Assembly (NCBI GenBank): GCA_965228875.1
Contig: OZ245843.1
Coordinates: forward strand, 1,718,616-1,782,615
From: Thalassobaculaceae bacterium
GTDB taxonomy: Bacteria > Pseudomonadota > Alphaproteobacteria > Thalassobaculales > Thalassobaculaceae
DNA: 64,000 nt
Reading direction: 5' to 3'
The notes under the pieces are model-generated. The model was not told where the DNA came from. It searched no databases and saw only the letters and a program-made list of their open reading frames with translations. A program made the position numbers and the translations under genes. This document shows, one piece after another, positions 39,847 to 49,563 of the stretch (position 1 is its first letter; the number at the start of each line of letters is the position of its first letter).

Positions 39847-39870
39847 TTCAATAATACGAATATTTTTGAA
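39847..39870. promoter_or_regulatory. Putative ArsR operator upstream of gap-arsJ
   Basis: AT-rich imperfect palindrome TTCAATAATACGAATATTTTTGAA. Confidence 0.5.
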
Positions 39871-40117
39871 ATGATGGGAGATCATGCGACCGGAGCCTTG
39901 CACGGAAAGGCGTGCCGTCACCGGTAGCAGATCGCCATGTCGAGAGTCGGCGGGGCCATCGGGGCCTTCCGCCGGATCGTGTTCCACCCGGTCGACGTCG
40001 ACGGTATGCGGCAGTCGATGGCTTGGCCGACCGGGATCGCTGCCACGGCCGTGCGGATGTTTGCGGCTCGCGGTTGACGAGGTCAATGTTGATGAGAGCC
40101 GCTTAGGGAGCTGAGCG

Positions 40118-40642
40118 ATGACCGAGAACGCGCGTTACAATGTCCTGTTCCTCTGCACCGGCAATTCCGCCCGCAGCATCATGGCGGAATGCATTCTAAG
40201 ACGGCTCGATCCGGAACGCTTCCGGTCGTTCAGCGCCGGCAGTCACCCCCGTGGCGAGATCCATCCCTTCGCCGTCGATCTGCTGAAGCGGCACAACTAC
40301 CCGACCGACGACTTGCGGTCGAAGAGCTGGGACGAGTTCGCCGTGGCCGGTGCACCGGTCATGGACTTCGTTTTCACGGTCTGCGACGACGCGGCCAAAG
40401 AGGTCTGTCCGGTCTGGCCGGGGCAACCGATGTCGGCCCACTGGCCGGTGATCGACCCTGCCGCCGCCGAAGGCAACGAGGCCGAGCGACGGGTCGCGTT
40501 CGCCGAGGCATTCCGGATGATGCACACCCGCCTTTCGATCTTCGTCAGCCTGCCGATCAGCGGCCTCGACCGTCTGACCCTCGAAAAGCGCCTGGGTGAG
40601 ATCGGAGCGACACGGCCCGAGGACGAAGCCGTCGCATCCTGA
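40118..40642 (+). CDS. arsC: Arsenate reductase, LMW-PTP fold
   Basis: LFLCTGNSARS, SAGS, SKSWDEF, TVCD..EVCPVWPG, HW..DP. Confidence 0.92.
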   Translation: MTENARYNVLFLCTGNSARSIMAECILRRLDPERFRSFSAGSHPRGEIHPFAVDLLKRHNYPTDDLRSKSWDEFAVAGAPVMDFVFTVCDDAAKEVCPVWPGQPMSAHWPVIDPAAAEGNEAERRVAFAEAFRMMHTRLSIFVSLPISGLDRLTLEKRLGEIGATRPEDEAVAS

Positions 40643-40765
40643 ACCTAATCCCCCACTCCATCGCCAGAGAAAGGGCCGCCCGCAGACGGCCCTCGAGTCG
40701 GGGGGAATGCGAAAGGTCCTCCACGTCGGGCCCCGGAAGCGCTCGGCTCCCGCGGGTGCTGTCCC

Positions 40766-41503
40766 TTATCGGCGAACCGTGCCGGAAACGGAGATGTCCC
40801 CGGCCTCGATCGCGGACTTGAGAATCTCGAGTCCGCGAGCAAGCTCTTCGTAGGTCTCGCGGTAGCGGGTCAGTTCGCCGACCTCGGCCTCCATCACACC
40901 GGACTTGGACTTGTTGCCGATGTCCAGCAGCTTCGCGAGATAACGTCCCTTGATCCGCGCGGCGTGGCGGACGACGCCCTCGACCTCGCTCTGATTCACG
41001 TCCATGACGACGTCGGCGACCGCGCGGCGGTTCTCCTCCGCGGCGAACCTGTCCAGTTCGCGCACGTACTGGGCGGTATTCACCCGCCCGCCGGAAACCG
41101 CGTCGTGGAGCCAGTTGGCGCGCTGCGCCGGTTTCTGTACGGCCTGCTTCTGCCGTCCCTGCTGCAGGCCGGCCTGGCGGGCGGCCACACGCTGCTGGGC
41201 CGTGCCGGCGGGACGGGCCGCCGCTTTGGCCTGCGGTTCCGCGGCGGCCGGCGCTTCGGCCGCCATGCGAGCCAATGCGCCGCGTCCGTCATCCTGCCGC
41301 GCGCCTTCCGGCGCTTTGTCGCGGACCGCGGCGATCGGATTGCGCCTGGCAGTCGCCGGCGCCGGCCGCGGAGACGTTGCACGGGCCGTCGCATTGGTGT
41401 TGGCCGGCCCCTTGTCGGCCTTGCCGTCCTCCGCGAACGGATCCCAGTTGCCGATGGTGTCGGCGGTCTCGAGGCCCTTCTTCAGTGCGGCGGCAAGCGA
41501 CAT
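40766..41503 (-). CDS. Hypothetical protein (disordered N-terminal half, helical C-terminal half)
   Basis: GGGAG RBS; host-like codon usage; no family recognised. Confidence 0.65.
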   Translation of the reverse strand: MSLAAALKKGLETADTIGNWDPFAEDGKADKGPANTNATARATSPRPAPATARRNPIAAVRDKAPEGARQDDGRGALARMAAEAPAAAEPQAKAAARPAGTAQQRVAARQAGLQQGRQKQAVQKPAQRANWLHDAVSGGRVNTAQYVRELDRFAAEENRRAVADVVMDVNQSEVEGVVRHAARIKGRYLAKLLDIGNKSKSGVMEAEVGELTRYRETYEELARGLEILKSAIEAGDISVSGTVRR

Positions 41504-41617
41504 GCTGTTCTCCCTTGGCTGAACCGGCGGGATGGCACCCGCGCGGTGTATCGCCAAGGAATAAGCAAGAGCCGTGCCGAGTGTGGAAACGCCGCGATTC
41601 GCGCCGATCCGGAAGCC

Positions 41618-42580
41618 TCAGGCCGCCGCCGGCAGCCGGTCGCGGTCGTGGGGAGCGGCAAAATCGATCCGCGGCCCCTTCGCGACGATTCCGGTCGGGT
41701 TCACCGTCAAGTGACTGGCGTAGTAGTGGTTCCGGATGTGATCCAGATGCAGGGTCGAGGCGATGCCCGGCCACTGAAAGAGCTCGCGCGTGTAGGCCCA
41801 GAGGTTCGGAAACTCGATCAGGCGGTTGCGGTTGCATTTGAAGTGTCCGTGATAGACCGCGTCGAAGCGCAACAGCGTCGGCAGAAGCCGCCAGTCCGCC
41901 TCGGTCGCCCGCTCTCCGAGCAGGTAGCGCCGTGTCGACAGCCTGTCCTCCAACCAGTCCAGGCTGTCGAACAGCGCGTCGAACGCACTGTCGTAGGCCT
42001 TCTGGGTGGTGGCGAAGCCGCAGCGGTACACGCCGTTGTTCACCGTCGCGTAAATCCGGTCGTTCACCGTCTCGATCTCCCCGGCAAGGTCTTCCGGGCA
42101 GAAATCGCCGGCCTTCGCGCCGATCCGGTCGAAGGCCGAGTTGAACATCCGCAGGATCTCGGCCGACTCGTTGCTCACGATCGTGCCTTCCTCGCGATCC
42201 CACAGGACCGGAACGGTCACCCGACCCGTGTAGGACGGATCGGCGCGGGTGTAGACCTGATGGAGGTAGTCGACACCCAGCAGGTCGTCGGGGTGCTCCT
42301 CGGTGAACCGCCAGCCACTGTCGAGCATCAACGGATCGACGACGGTGACGCCGATCATTCCCTCCAACCCCTTGAGCGCGCGCAGGATCAGCGTGCGGTG
42401 CGCCCAGGGACAGGCGTAGGAGACATACAGGTGGTAGCGCCCCGCCTCGGGCGTGAAGCGGGCCGACGGATCGTCGCGGATCCAGTCCCGGAACGCGCTC
42501 TCCTTGCGCTGAAAGCTGCCGTCGCTGCTCCGGCCCCGAGGGTCTCCGGATTCCCAGACGCCGTCCACGAGCTGTCCCAT
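41618..42580 (-). CDS. Glutathionyl-hydroquinone reductase (omega/Xi GST, YqjG-like)
   Basis: YHLYVSYACPWAHRT, VTVPVLWD, NNGVYRCGFA, HYYASH..NPTGIV. Confidence 0.93.
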   Translation of the reverse strand: MGQLVDGVWESGDPRGRSSDGSFQRKESAFRDWIRDDPSARFTPEAGRYHLYVSYACPWAHRTLILRALKGLEGMIGVTVVDPLMLDSGWRFTEEHPDDLLGVDYLHQVYTRADPSYTGRVTVPVLWDREEGTIVSNESAEILRMFNSAFDRIGAKAGDFCPEDLAGEIETVNDRIYATVNNGVYRCGFATTQKAYDSAFDALFDSLDWLEDRLSTRRYLLGERATEADWRLLPTLLRFDAVYHGHFKCNRNRLIEFPNLWAYTRELFQWPGIASTLHLDHIRNHYYASHLTVNPTGIVAKGPRIDFAAPHDRDRLPAAA

Positions 42581-42687
42581 AAACTCCCCATCCTCCGATC
42601 GGCGCGGCACGAGTGACTTGATCGAAACCGCAAGGTGGGGTGGATTGCGCGCTGATCAATACCGACGCGGGCGAACGGGAGAGAGCA

Positions 42688-43359
42688 ATGGTTGCGGTGA
42701 TAGAGGGTCTGCTCACCAAGGAGCAGGTACAAACCATCGCCAAGCGTCTGTTCAGCGCGAAGTTCATGGACGGCACCATGAGCGGCGGGCCGCTGGGCAA
42801 GGAGATCAAGAAGAACACGCAGGTCGCGCCGAACTCGCCGGAGTACCGCGAACTCGCCGATTTCGTGCTGTCGATCCTGAAGCAGAACGAGCAGGTGGCG
42901 ATCACCGCCCTACCCCGACGGATCCTGCCGCCGATCTTCGCCTCCTATACCGAAGGTCACCGCTACGGCGATCATGTCGACGCCGCCCTGATGGGGCCGT
43001 ATCCGGGGCTGCGCACCGATCTCTCGATCACCATCTTCCTGAACGAACCCGGCGCCTACGAGGGTGGCGAACTGGTGCTGGTGACCGACTTTGGCGAGCA
43101 GGTCTACAAGGGCAAGCCCGGCGACGCGGTGCTGTACCCGACCCACTACCGTCACCGGGTGAACCCGGTCACGAAGGGCCGGCGGATGGCCATCGTCACC
43201 TGGATGGAAAGCATGGTGCGGGACCCGGCCCGCCGCGAGATCATCGGCGACCTGGCGGCGGTCATGGACCGGCTGGTGGCCGCCAAGGGCGATGACGAGA
43301 TGATCCGCATGGTGGAGAAGAGCCGCCTGAACCTCCTGCGGATGTGGGCCGACACCTGA
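42688..43359 (+). CDS. PKHD-type Fe(II)/2-oxoglutarate hydroxylase (PiuC/YbiX-like)
   Basis: YGDHVD, RTDLSITIFL, YEGGEL, H.V.PVT.G.R, NLLRMWA. Confidence 0.9.
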   Translation: MVAVIEGLLTKEQVQTIAKRLFSAKFMDGTMSGGPLGKEIKKNTQVAPNSPEYRELADFVLSILKQNEQVAITALPRRILPPIFASYTEGHRYGDHVDAALMGPYPGLRTDLSITIFLNEPGAYEGGELVLVTDFGEQVYKGKPGDAVLYPTHYRHRVNPVTKGRRMAIVTWMESMVRDPARREIIGDLAAVMDRLVAAKGDDEMIRMVEKSRLNLLRMWADT

Positions 43360-43453
43360 CGGGTCCACCCACATCCGCTTGACCGAAGCGCGACCGGCGG
43401 GCGACCATCGGTCCGTACCGGTAACGAAACAAGAAAATCCGACCGGAAGAGCC

Positions 43454-44329
43454 ATGGTCAAAGGCCGGACCGCCGCATTGCTGAAGCGTCTCAAGCCCGC
43501 GCGTATCGCCGAGCCACCGGACCTTCCGCATTTCTCGTACGCCGCTCCCGAGCATCCGTTTCTCAAGCGCCTGGTGATACAGGCCGTCGAGAAGATGACC
43601 GGTCAGCCGCGGCTGAAGCGCCTCTATCTGGAGCATCGCCTTAACCCCGTGCCGGATGAGGACTTCTGGTCGGCGGCCGTGCGCAAGCTCGACCTGAACC
43701 TGGTCTACGACCGGGCGAAATGGGATGCCGTGCCCAAGGACGGCCCGCTGGTCATCGTCGCCAACCATCCGTTCGGCGTGCTCGACGGAATTGTCATCAG
43801 CTACCTGGCATCGCGGATTCGTCCGCGCTTCAAGGTTCTGACCAACTCCGTGCTGTTCCGCGCGCCGGAGGTGCGTCCATTCCTGCTGCCGATCGACTTC
43901 GCCGAAAGCCGCGACGCGCTGGCGACCAACATTGAGACCCGCAAGCTCGCCCTCCAGGAACTCTCGGAAGGCGGCGCCGTCATTGTGTTTCCCGGCGGCA
44001 CGGTATCGACCGCGCCCTCGACCTTCGGCCGCGCCGTTGACCCGGACTGGAAGCCGTTCACCTCCAAACTCATCGTCTCGGCCAAGGCGACCGTGGTTCC
44101 GGTCTATTTCGAGGGGCAGAACAGCAAGCTGTTCCAGTTCGCCAGCAATGTCAGCCAGACCTTCCGCGAGGCGCTGCTGTTCAAGGAGGTCGCCAACAAG
44201 ATCGGCACCGATATCGGGCTGACCATCGGCGACACGATTCCCTTCGATCACCTCGCCCACCTGAAGGATCGCCGCCTGCTGATCGATCACCTGCGCTCGA
44301 TCACCTACGATCTCGGCGTGCGGCGGTAG
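43454..44329 (+). CDS. Lysophospholipid acyltransferase family protein
   Basis: VANHPFGVLDG (HX4D-like), VFPGG, VVPVYFEG. Confidence 0.85.
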   Translation: MVKGRTAALLKRLKPARIAEPPDLPHFSYAAPEHPFLKRLVIQAVEKMTGQPRLKRLYLEHRLNPVPDEDFWSAAVRKLDLNLVYDRAKWDAVPKDGPLVIVANHPFGVLDGIVISYLASRIRPRFKVLTNSVLFRAPEVRPFLLPIDFAESRDALATNIETRKLALQELSEGGAVIVFPGGTVSTAPSTFGRAVDPDWKPFTSKLIVSAKATVVPVYFEGQNSKLFQFASNVSQTFREALLFKEVANKIGTDIGLTIGDTIPFDHLAHLKDRRLLIDHLRSITYDLGVRR

Positions 44330-44331
44330 CC

Positions 44332-44928
44332 CTAGTACCCCAAGGCCCGCGCCACCGGCTCCGGCAGGGCGCCACGCCGGCCGAGGATATCGACCTTCAT
44401 CAGCATGATCTGCGAGAACGCATCGCGGATCTCCGCCGTCATCGCCATTTCCAGCGCCTCGGCGAAGGGCAGCCGGCGGATCTCGATTTTCTCGTCGGCA
44501 TCCGGCTCGGGTTCGCCGACGGTGATGTCCCAGGCGAGGAAGCCGAAACCGATCTCGTCGGTGACGGCGTTGGAGAAGTCGGTCTGCATGAACTCCCGCC
44601 AACCGACTGCGGTGAGCCCGGTCTCCTCCCTGAGCTCGCGCCTGGCGGACTCGACCGGCGCCACCGCCTTGTCCCCCGCCCCTTCCGGCAGTTCCCACGA
44701 GTAGTAGTCGCGGGGAAACCGGTGCTGTCCGACCAACCACGTGTACCCTTCGGCATCGACCGCCACCACGCCGACGGCGAAGGATTTCATGTGACAGACG
44801 CCGTAGAGGCCCGGGTTGCCGCCAGGATCGGTGACGTCGTGCTCGGAGACGCCGATCCACGGATTGTCGTAGGCGCGCCGGCTCGCCCGCACGATCCACG
44901 GCCCGCGCCGTTCGAGCTCCTTCGTCAT
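44332..44928 (-). CDS. NUDIX hydrolase
   Basis: ELPEG......ESARRELREETGL Nudix box. Confidence 0.9.
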   Translation of the reverse strand: MTKELERRGPWIVRASRRAYDNPWIGVSEHDVTDPGGNPGLYGVCHMKSFAVGVVAVDAEGYTWLVGQHRFPRDYYSWELPEGAGDKAVAPVESARRELREETGLTAVGWREFMQTDFSNAVTDEIGFGFLAWDITVGEPEPDADEKIEIRRLPFAEALEMAMTAEIRDAFSQIMLMKVDILGRRGALPEPVARALGY

Positions 44929-44986
44929 CTCCCGCCCCTTCGCTGCTTACGGGCGAGGTGTAGCGCAGTCCGGCGCCGCCGCAACC

Positions 44987-45583
44987 CTACTCCTGCCGGA
45001 TCGCCTCGAATTCCAGAATGATGTCGACCGTATCGCCGACCATGTCGCCCTCCAGGGCGTAGGTCATGCCGAAGTCGGAGCGATCGATGGACGCCGTCGC
45101 CGAGATGCCGATCGCATAGTGCTTGTCACCGAACGGATAGCGCCCGCTCCGGTTCCAGGTGACGTCCAGGACCACCGGCCGGGTCACGCCGCGCAGGGTA
45201 AGGTCGCCATACACCTTGCCGGTACGCTCGCCCGTCGGCTCCGCACCGGTGCCGACGAACCGGATGACCGGATGCTCGTCGGCCCACAGGAAATCCTTCT
45301 TGCGGACGTGGTCGTCGCGCGCCTCGTGATTGGTGAACACGCTTGACGCGCGGATGCCGGCCTGAACATCGGCCAGCGTCCTTGTCTCCTCGTCGAAGGT
45401 GAACGCCCCCTCCAGCTCGAGGAACTGGCCCAGCACATCGGCGAAACCCAGATGATGGACGGTGAAGGCGACGACCGCGTGCTCGGGGTCGATCACATAG
45501 CGGTGCGGCTCCGCCCGCGCCTGCGGTCCCGCTGCCACCGCCAGGACCACCGCGACCATCGTCGCAAGGATGTATCCGCGCAT
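44987..45583 (-). CDS. YceI family lipid/polyisoprenoid-binding protein
   Basis: Signal peptide; YVIDPEH, RDDH, GDLTLRGVTRPV, IDRSDFG. Confidence 0.93.
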   Translation of the reverse strand: MRGYILATMVAVVLAVAAGPQARAEPHRYVIDPEHAVVAFTVHHLGFADVLGQFLELEGAFTFDEETRTLADVQAGIRASSVFTNHEARDDHVRKKDFLWADEHPVIRFVGTGAEPTGERTGKVYGDLTLRGVTRPVVLDVTWNRSGRYPFGDKHYAIGISATASIDRSDFGMTYALEGDMVGDTVDIILEFEAIRQE

Positions 45584-45695
45584 CTGCTATTCCTCCTTTC
45601 GGTCAGTCCCGGTGCAAGCTAGTACGGACCGGCCGACCGGCAATGGCAGGTGCGGGGCGGCAGTCTCGGGACCGCTTCCGCGATAGGGGACGACG

Positions 45696-46649
45696 ATGCA
45701 GGCACGCGCATTCTGGGTGACCCGCCCCGGGATCGGCGAGATCCGAGAGGAGACGGTGGCTCCCCCTGGGCCGCACCAGACCACCGTGCACACCCTGTAC
45801 TCGGGCATCAGCCGCGGTACCGAAACCCTGGTGTTCACCGGGCGCGTTCCGGAGAGCGAGTACGCCGTCATGCGCTGCCCGTTTCAGGTCGGCCAGTTCC
45901 CGGGTCCGGTGAAGTACGGCTACAGCACCGTCGGTACGCTGGACGACGGAACCGCCGTGTTCTGCCTGCATCCGCATCAGGACCGCTTCACCATACCGGC
46001 GGACTTCGCACTTCCACTCCCGGAGGGCGTGCCCCCGGCGCGCGCCGTGCTCGCCGCCAACATGGAAACGGCACTCAATGCGCTCTGGGACTCTGCGCTC
46101 GCGCCCGGCGACCGTGTCGCGGTCGTCGGCCTCGGCGTCGTCGGACTGCTGATCGCCTATCTCGCCGGCCGAATGCCGGGCGTGGACCTGGTCGGCATCG
46201 ATCTGAACGGTGCGCGGGAGCCCGTCGCCCGTGCTCTCGGCATCGCGTTCTCGGACCACGCGCCGGGCGGCTACGACGCCGACATCGTCATCAACGCCAG
46301 CGGTACCGCTCGCGGACTGGAGACGGCGCTGACGCTCGCCGGGGTCGAGACGACGGTACTGGAGGCCAGTTGGCACGGCAGCACACCGGTTTCCCTTCCG
46401 CTCGGCGAGGCGTTCCATAGTCGACGGCTCACCCTGCGCTCGACCCAGGTCGGCATGGTCGCAGCGTCCCACCGGCCACGCTGGACCCATGCGCGCCGGC
46501 TGGCCAAGGCGCTCTCCCTGCTGACCGATCCGGCGCTCGACGCGCTGATCGACGGCGAAAGCCCGTTCACATCCCTGCCAGAGACCATGGCGGCCCTTGC
46601 CGACGGCAGCCTCCCGGCCCTATGTCATCGCATCCGCTACGAGGCCTGA
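45696..46649 (+). CDS. Zinc-binding/MDR-type dehydrogenase
   Basis: SGISRGTE, PVKYGY, HPHQ, ANMETALNA, VVGLGVVG, SWHG..FHSRRL. Confidence 0.85.
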   Translation: MQARAFWVTRPGIGEIREETVAPPGPHQTTVHTLYSGISRGTETLVFTGRVPESEYAVMRCPFQVGQFPGPVKYGYSTVGTLDDGTAVFCLHPHQDRFTIPADFALPLPEGVPPARAVLAANMETALNALWDSALAPGDRVAVVGLGVVGLLIAYLAGRMPGVDLVGIDLNGAREPVARALGIAFSDHAPGGYDADIVINASGTARGLETALTLAGVETTVLEASWHGSTPVSLPLGEAFHSRRLTLRSTQVGMVAASHRPRWTHARRLAKALSLLTDPALDALIDGESPFTSLPETMAALADGSLPALCHRIRYEA

Positions 46650-46659
46650 GGAAGCGTCC

Positions 46660-47058
46660 ATGTTCACCGTCACCGTGCGCGACCACGTGATGATCGCGCA
46701 CTCGTTCCGGGGCGACCTGTTCGGCCCGGCCCAGCGCCTGCACGGCGCCACCTACGTCGTCGATGTCCGCATCAATGCCGAGAGCCTGGACTCAAACGGC
46801 GTGGTGGTCGACATCGGTGCCGCCCACAAGGCCCTGGCCGACGTTTTGCAGCCCTGGGCTTACCGCAATCTCGACGAGTTGGACGAGTTCGCCGGCGTGA
46901 ACACGACGACCGAGTTCCTGGCCAAGACCGCCTTCGACAAGATCGCCGCCGTCGCCCGGACCGGCGGGCTCGGGCGGCCGGTGTCCGAACTGGCCTCGAT
47001 CGAGGTGATCTTCAACGAGTCCCACGTCGCCTCCGCCGGCTATCACGGCACGCTTTGA
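46660..47058 (+). CDS. QueD/PTPS (COG0720) family T-fold protein, non-canonical
   Basis: DHVMIAHS, FGPAQRLHGATY, YRNLD, NTTTE.LA, ESH; lacks the CxxxHGH cysteine. Confidence 0.85.
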   Translation: MFTVTVRDHVMIAHSFRGDLFGPAQRLHGATYVVDVRINAESLDSNGVVVDIGAAHKALADVLQPWAYRNLDELDEFAGVNTTTEFLAKTAFDKIAAVARTGGLGRPVSELASIEVIFNESHVASAGYHGTL

Positions 47059-47065
47059 GCCCGAT

Positions 47066-48124
47066 GTGACCGCCGCGGACGTTCATTTTCTGGTTCCGGG
47101 AGATCCGGACACGCCGACCGGCGGGTTCGTCTACGACCGCCATGCGATCGAGGGGCTGCGTGACGCCGGGCTTCTGGCGGGGACGATCCGGATCGACGGG
47201 CCGTTCCCGGAAGGCGACGATCTCGCCCTGCGCACCGCCGCTGAAACCCTCTGCGAGGTTCCCGACGGTCATCGGGTCATCGTCGATGGCCTCGCCTACA
47301 CAGCACTCGCCCCGGCGATCGAAGCGGAAGCCCGCCGTCTCCGAATCATAGCCCTGATCCACCATCCGCTCGGCGACGAGACCGGCCTGTCGGCCGACGA
47401 GCGATGCCGCTGGCTGGCGGATGAGACGGCCGCCCTGCGGTTCGCCCGCGCGATCCTGGTCACCAGCCGCACCACCCGTGCCCGGCTCGGCGAGCTGGGC
47501 ATCGATACCGGCCGGGTCGCCGCAATCCCCCCCGGCGTGGCCCCCGCACCCGATCTCGGCTTCCGCGCCGCTCGGGAGCCGGGACCGATGCGGCTGCTCT
47601 GCGTCGCCACCCTGATCCCACGCAAGGGCCAGCACCTTCTGCTCGATGCGCTCGCCGGACTGACAGACCACGACTGGACCCTGACGCTGGTAGGCGACGC
47701 CCGCGACCCGGCCTATGCCGCGCGACTGCGCGACCGGGCGGCAGGTCCGGATCTCGACGGCCGCGTTCTCCTGACCGGCGCGGTCAGCGACAACGACCTC
47801 GCCGAGCACTGGCGCCAGGCCGACGTCTTCGTGTTCCCCAGCCTGCACGAAGGCTGGGGCATCGCGCCGGTCGAGGCGGTCCGCTGGGGCCTGCCGGTCA
47901 TCACAAGCGACGCCGGCGCCCTGCCTGAATCGGTCCCCGTCGCCGCGCGCGAGATGGTGGCCGCGGGCGATGTCGCCGGCCTGCGGACCGCCATCGACCG
48001 ACTGCTCGACGATCCCGCCGCCTACGCCGCTCTGGCCGACGGCGCACGCCGCGCCGCCGCCGGGCTGCGCGGCTGGGACGCCATGCGAGCCGAGTTCGCC
48101 GCGACCGTCAGTCGGCTGCCGTGA
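47066..48124 (+). CDS. Glycosyltransferase family 4
   Basis: TGGFVYD, PRKG, FPSLHEGWG..EA...GLPV. Confidence 0.9.
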   Translation: MTAADVHFLVPGDPDTPTGGFVYDRHAIEGLRDAGLLAGTIRIDGPFPEGDDLALRTAAETLCEVPDGHRVIVDGLAYTALAPAIEAEARRLRIIALIHHPLGDETGLSADERCRWLADETAALRFARAILVTSRTTRARLGELGIDTGRVAAIPPGVAPAPDLGFRAAREPGPMRLLCVATLIPRKGQHLLLDALAGLTDHDWTLTLVGDARDPAYAARLRDRAAGPDLDGRVLLTGAVSDNDLAEHWRQADVFVFPSLHEGWGIAPVEAVRWGLPVITSDAGALPESVPVAAREMVAAGDVAGLRTAIDRLLDDPAAYAALADGARRAAAGLRGWDAMRAEFAATVSRLP

Positions 48125-48897
48125 GCTTCTCGGCCGACTGGCTGGCGCTGCGTGCGCCCTTCGACAGCGCCGCGCGCTCGACCCTCCTGGAGGCAAGGCT
48201 CACCGCCTGGGCTCGGGAGCGGGTGGCGGGGGGAAAGTCTCTGGACGTTGTCGATCTCGGCGCCGGGTCGGGCAACAACCTGGAACATCTGGCATCCCGA
48301 CTGCCCGGTCCGCAACGCTGGACCCTCGTCGACGGCGACGCGGCGCTCCTCGAAACGGCCGCGCGCCGACATCCGGGAGCCGAAACAAGGCAGGCGGACC
48401 TGGCCGGGAATCTCGACAGCCTGATCCCGGCAGGCACCGACCTCGTCACCGCCTCGGCCCTGATCGACCTCGTCTCGCGGTCCTGGCTTTCCCGGCTCGC
48501 CGCGCGGGTCCGGACGCTGGGCTGCGGCGTGCTGATCGTCCTGACCTATGACGGCCGGATCGAATGGGACGGTGAAACCGAAGCCGACCGCGAGGCGACC
48601 GCGCTGGTCAACCGGCATCAGCGTGGCGACAAGGGACTCGGACCGGCCCTCGGTCCCGACGCGCCGGACGCGCTCTCGGAGCTGCTGCCGGGCCTGGATA
48701 CGACCGAAAGCGACTGGGCGATCGGTGCGGGCGACACGGCGTTTCGCACCGCTCTGGTCGACGGATGGGCCGGTGCGGCGCGCGAGATCGCGCCCGACCG
48801 CACGGTCGCCATCAACGCCTGGCGAGACCTGGCCGCATCCAACCCCCGCCACCTCGTCGTCGGGCACAAGGATCAGCTCTGGCTTCCGCCGACCTGA
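48121..48897 (+). CDS. Class I SAM-dependent methyltransferase-like protein
   Basis: FSADWLALR, VDLGAGSG, TASALIDLVS, LTYDG, NRHQR..K. Confidence 0.85.
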   Translation: MSFSADWLALRAPFDSAARSTLLEARLTAWARERVAGGKSLDVVDLGAGSGNNLEHLASRLPGPQRWTLVDGDAALLETAARRHPGAETRQADLAGNLDSLIPAGTDLVTASALIDLVSRSWLSRLAARVRTLGCGVLIVLTYDGRIEWDGETEADREATALVNRHQRGDKGLGPALGPDAPDALSELLPGLDTTESDWAIGAGDTAFRTALVDGWAGAAREIAPDRTVAINAWRDLAASNPRHLVVGHKDQLWLPPT

Positions 48898-48911
48898 CCC
48901 TCCGCGCGCCC

Positions 48912-49544
48912 TCAGTCTCCGCTGCCGTCCTGAAGACCGCGAACGAAGTCGGGCAGCCCGACCAGACGCTCACGCCGGATCCGCTCGGCATGCAGGATGG
49001 CGCGCACCCGGTCGACGCTCCGGGTGAAATCCTCGTTCAGCAGGATGTACTGGTATTCCGGATAATGGCTGATCTCGTCCGCCGCTTTCGCCATGCGCTG
49101 GGCGACCACGTCGTCGGGATCCTGGGCACGCGCGCGCAACCGCCGCTCCAGCTCGCGGGTCGAAGGCGGCAGGATGAAGACGCTGACGAGGTCGCGCGGC
49201 GCGTTCGCCTGAAGTTGCTGGGTCCCCTGCCAGTCGATGTCGAACAGCACGTCCTTACCGGCGGACAGCGCCTCCTCCACCGGCCCCCGCGGCGTTCCGT
49301 AGTAATTGCCGAACACCTTGGCATGCTCCAGCAGCTCGCCACGGTTGACCATGAGCTGGAACTCGGTCGGGTCGATGAAGACATAGTCGCGCCCGTGGAC
49401 CTCTCCCGGCCGGCGAGGCCGGGTCGTCACCGAGATCGACAGTGACAAGTCGTCCTCAAGATCTAGAAGCTGGCGGGAAATCGAGGTCTTGCCGGCGCCG
49501 GAGGGCGAGGACAGAACCAGCATCAGGCCGCGTCTGGTGATCAT
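48912..49544 (-). CDS. gmk: Guanylate kinase
   Basis: SSPSGAGKT, TTRPRRPGEVHGRDY, NYYGTP, DIDWQG. Confidence 0.97.
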   Translation of the reverse strand: MITRRGLMLVLSSPSGAGKTSISRQLLDLEDDLSLSISVTTRPRRPGEVHGRDYVFIDPTEFQLMVNRGELLEHAKVFGNYYGTPRGPVEEALSAGKDVLFDIDWQGTQQLQANAPRDLVSVFILPPSTRELERRLRARAQDPDDVVAQRMAKAADEISHYPEYQYILLNEDFTRSVDRVRAILHAERIRRERLVGLPDFVRGLQDGSGD

Positions 49545-49563
49545 CGGGTCGCCTTTCCGGGGG

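Noticed and set aside
39871..40117. Possible arsR remnant upstream of arsC
   Set aside because: The ORFs and frames inspected show no ArsR HTH motifs
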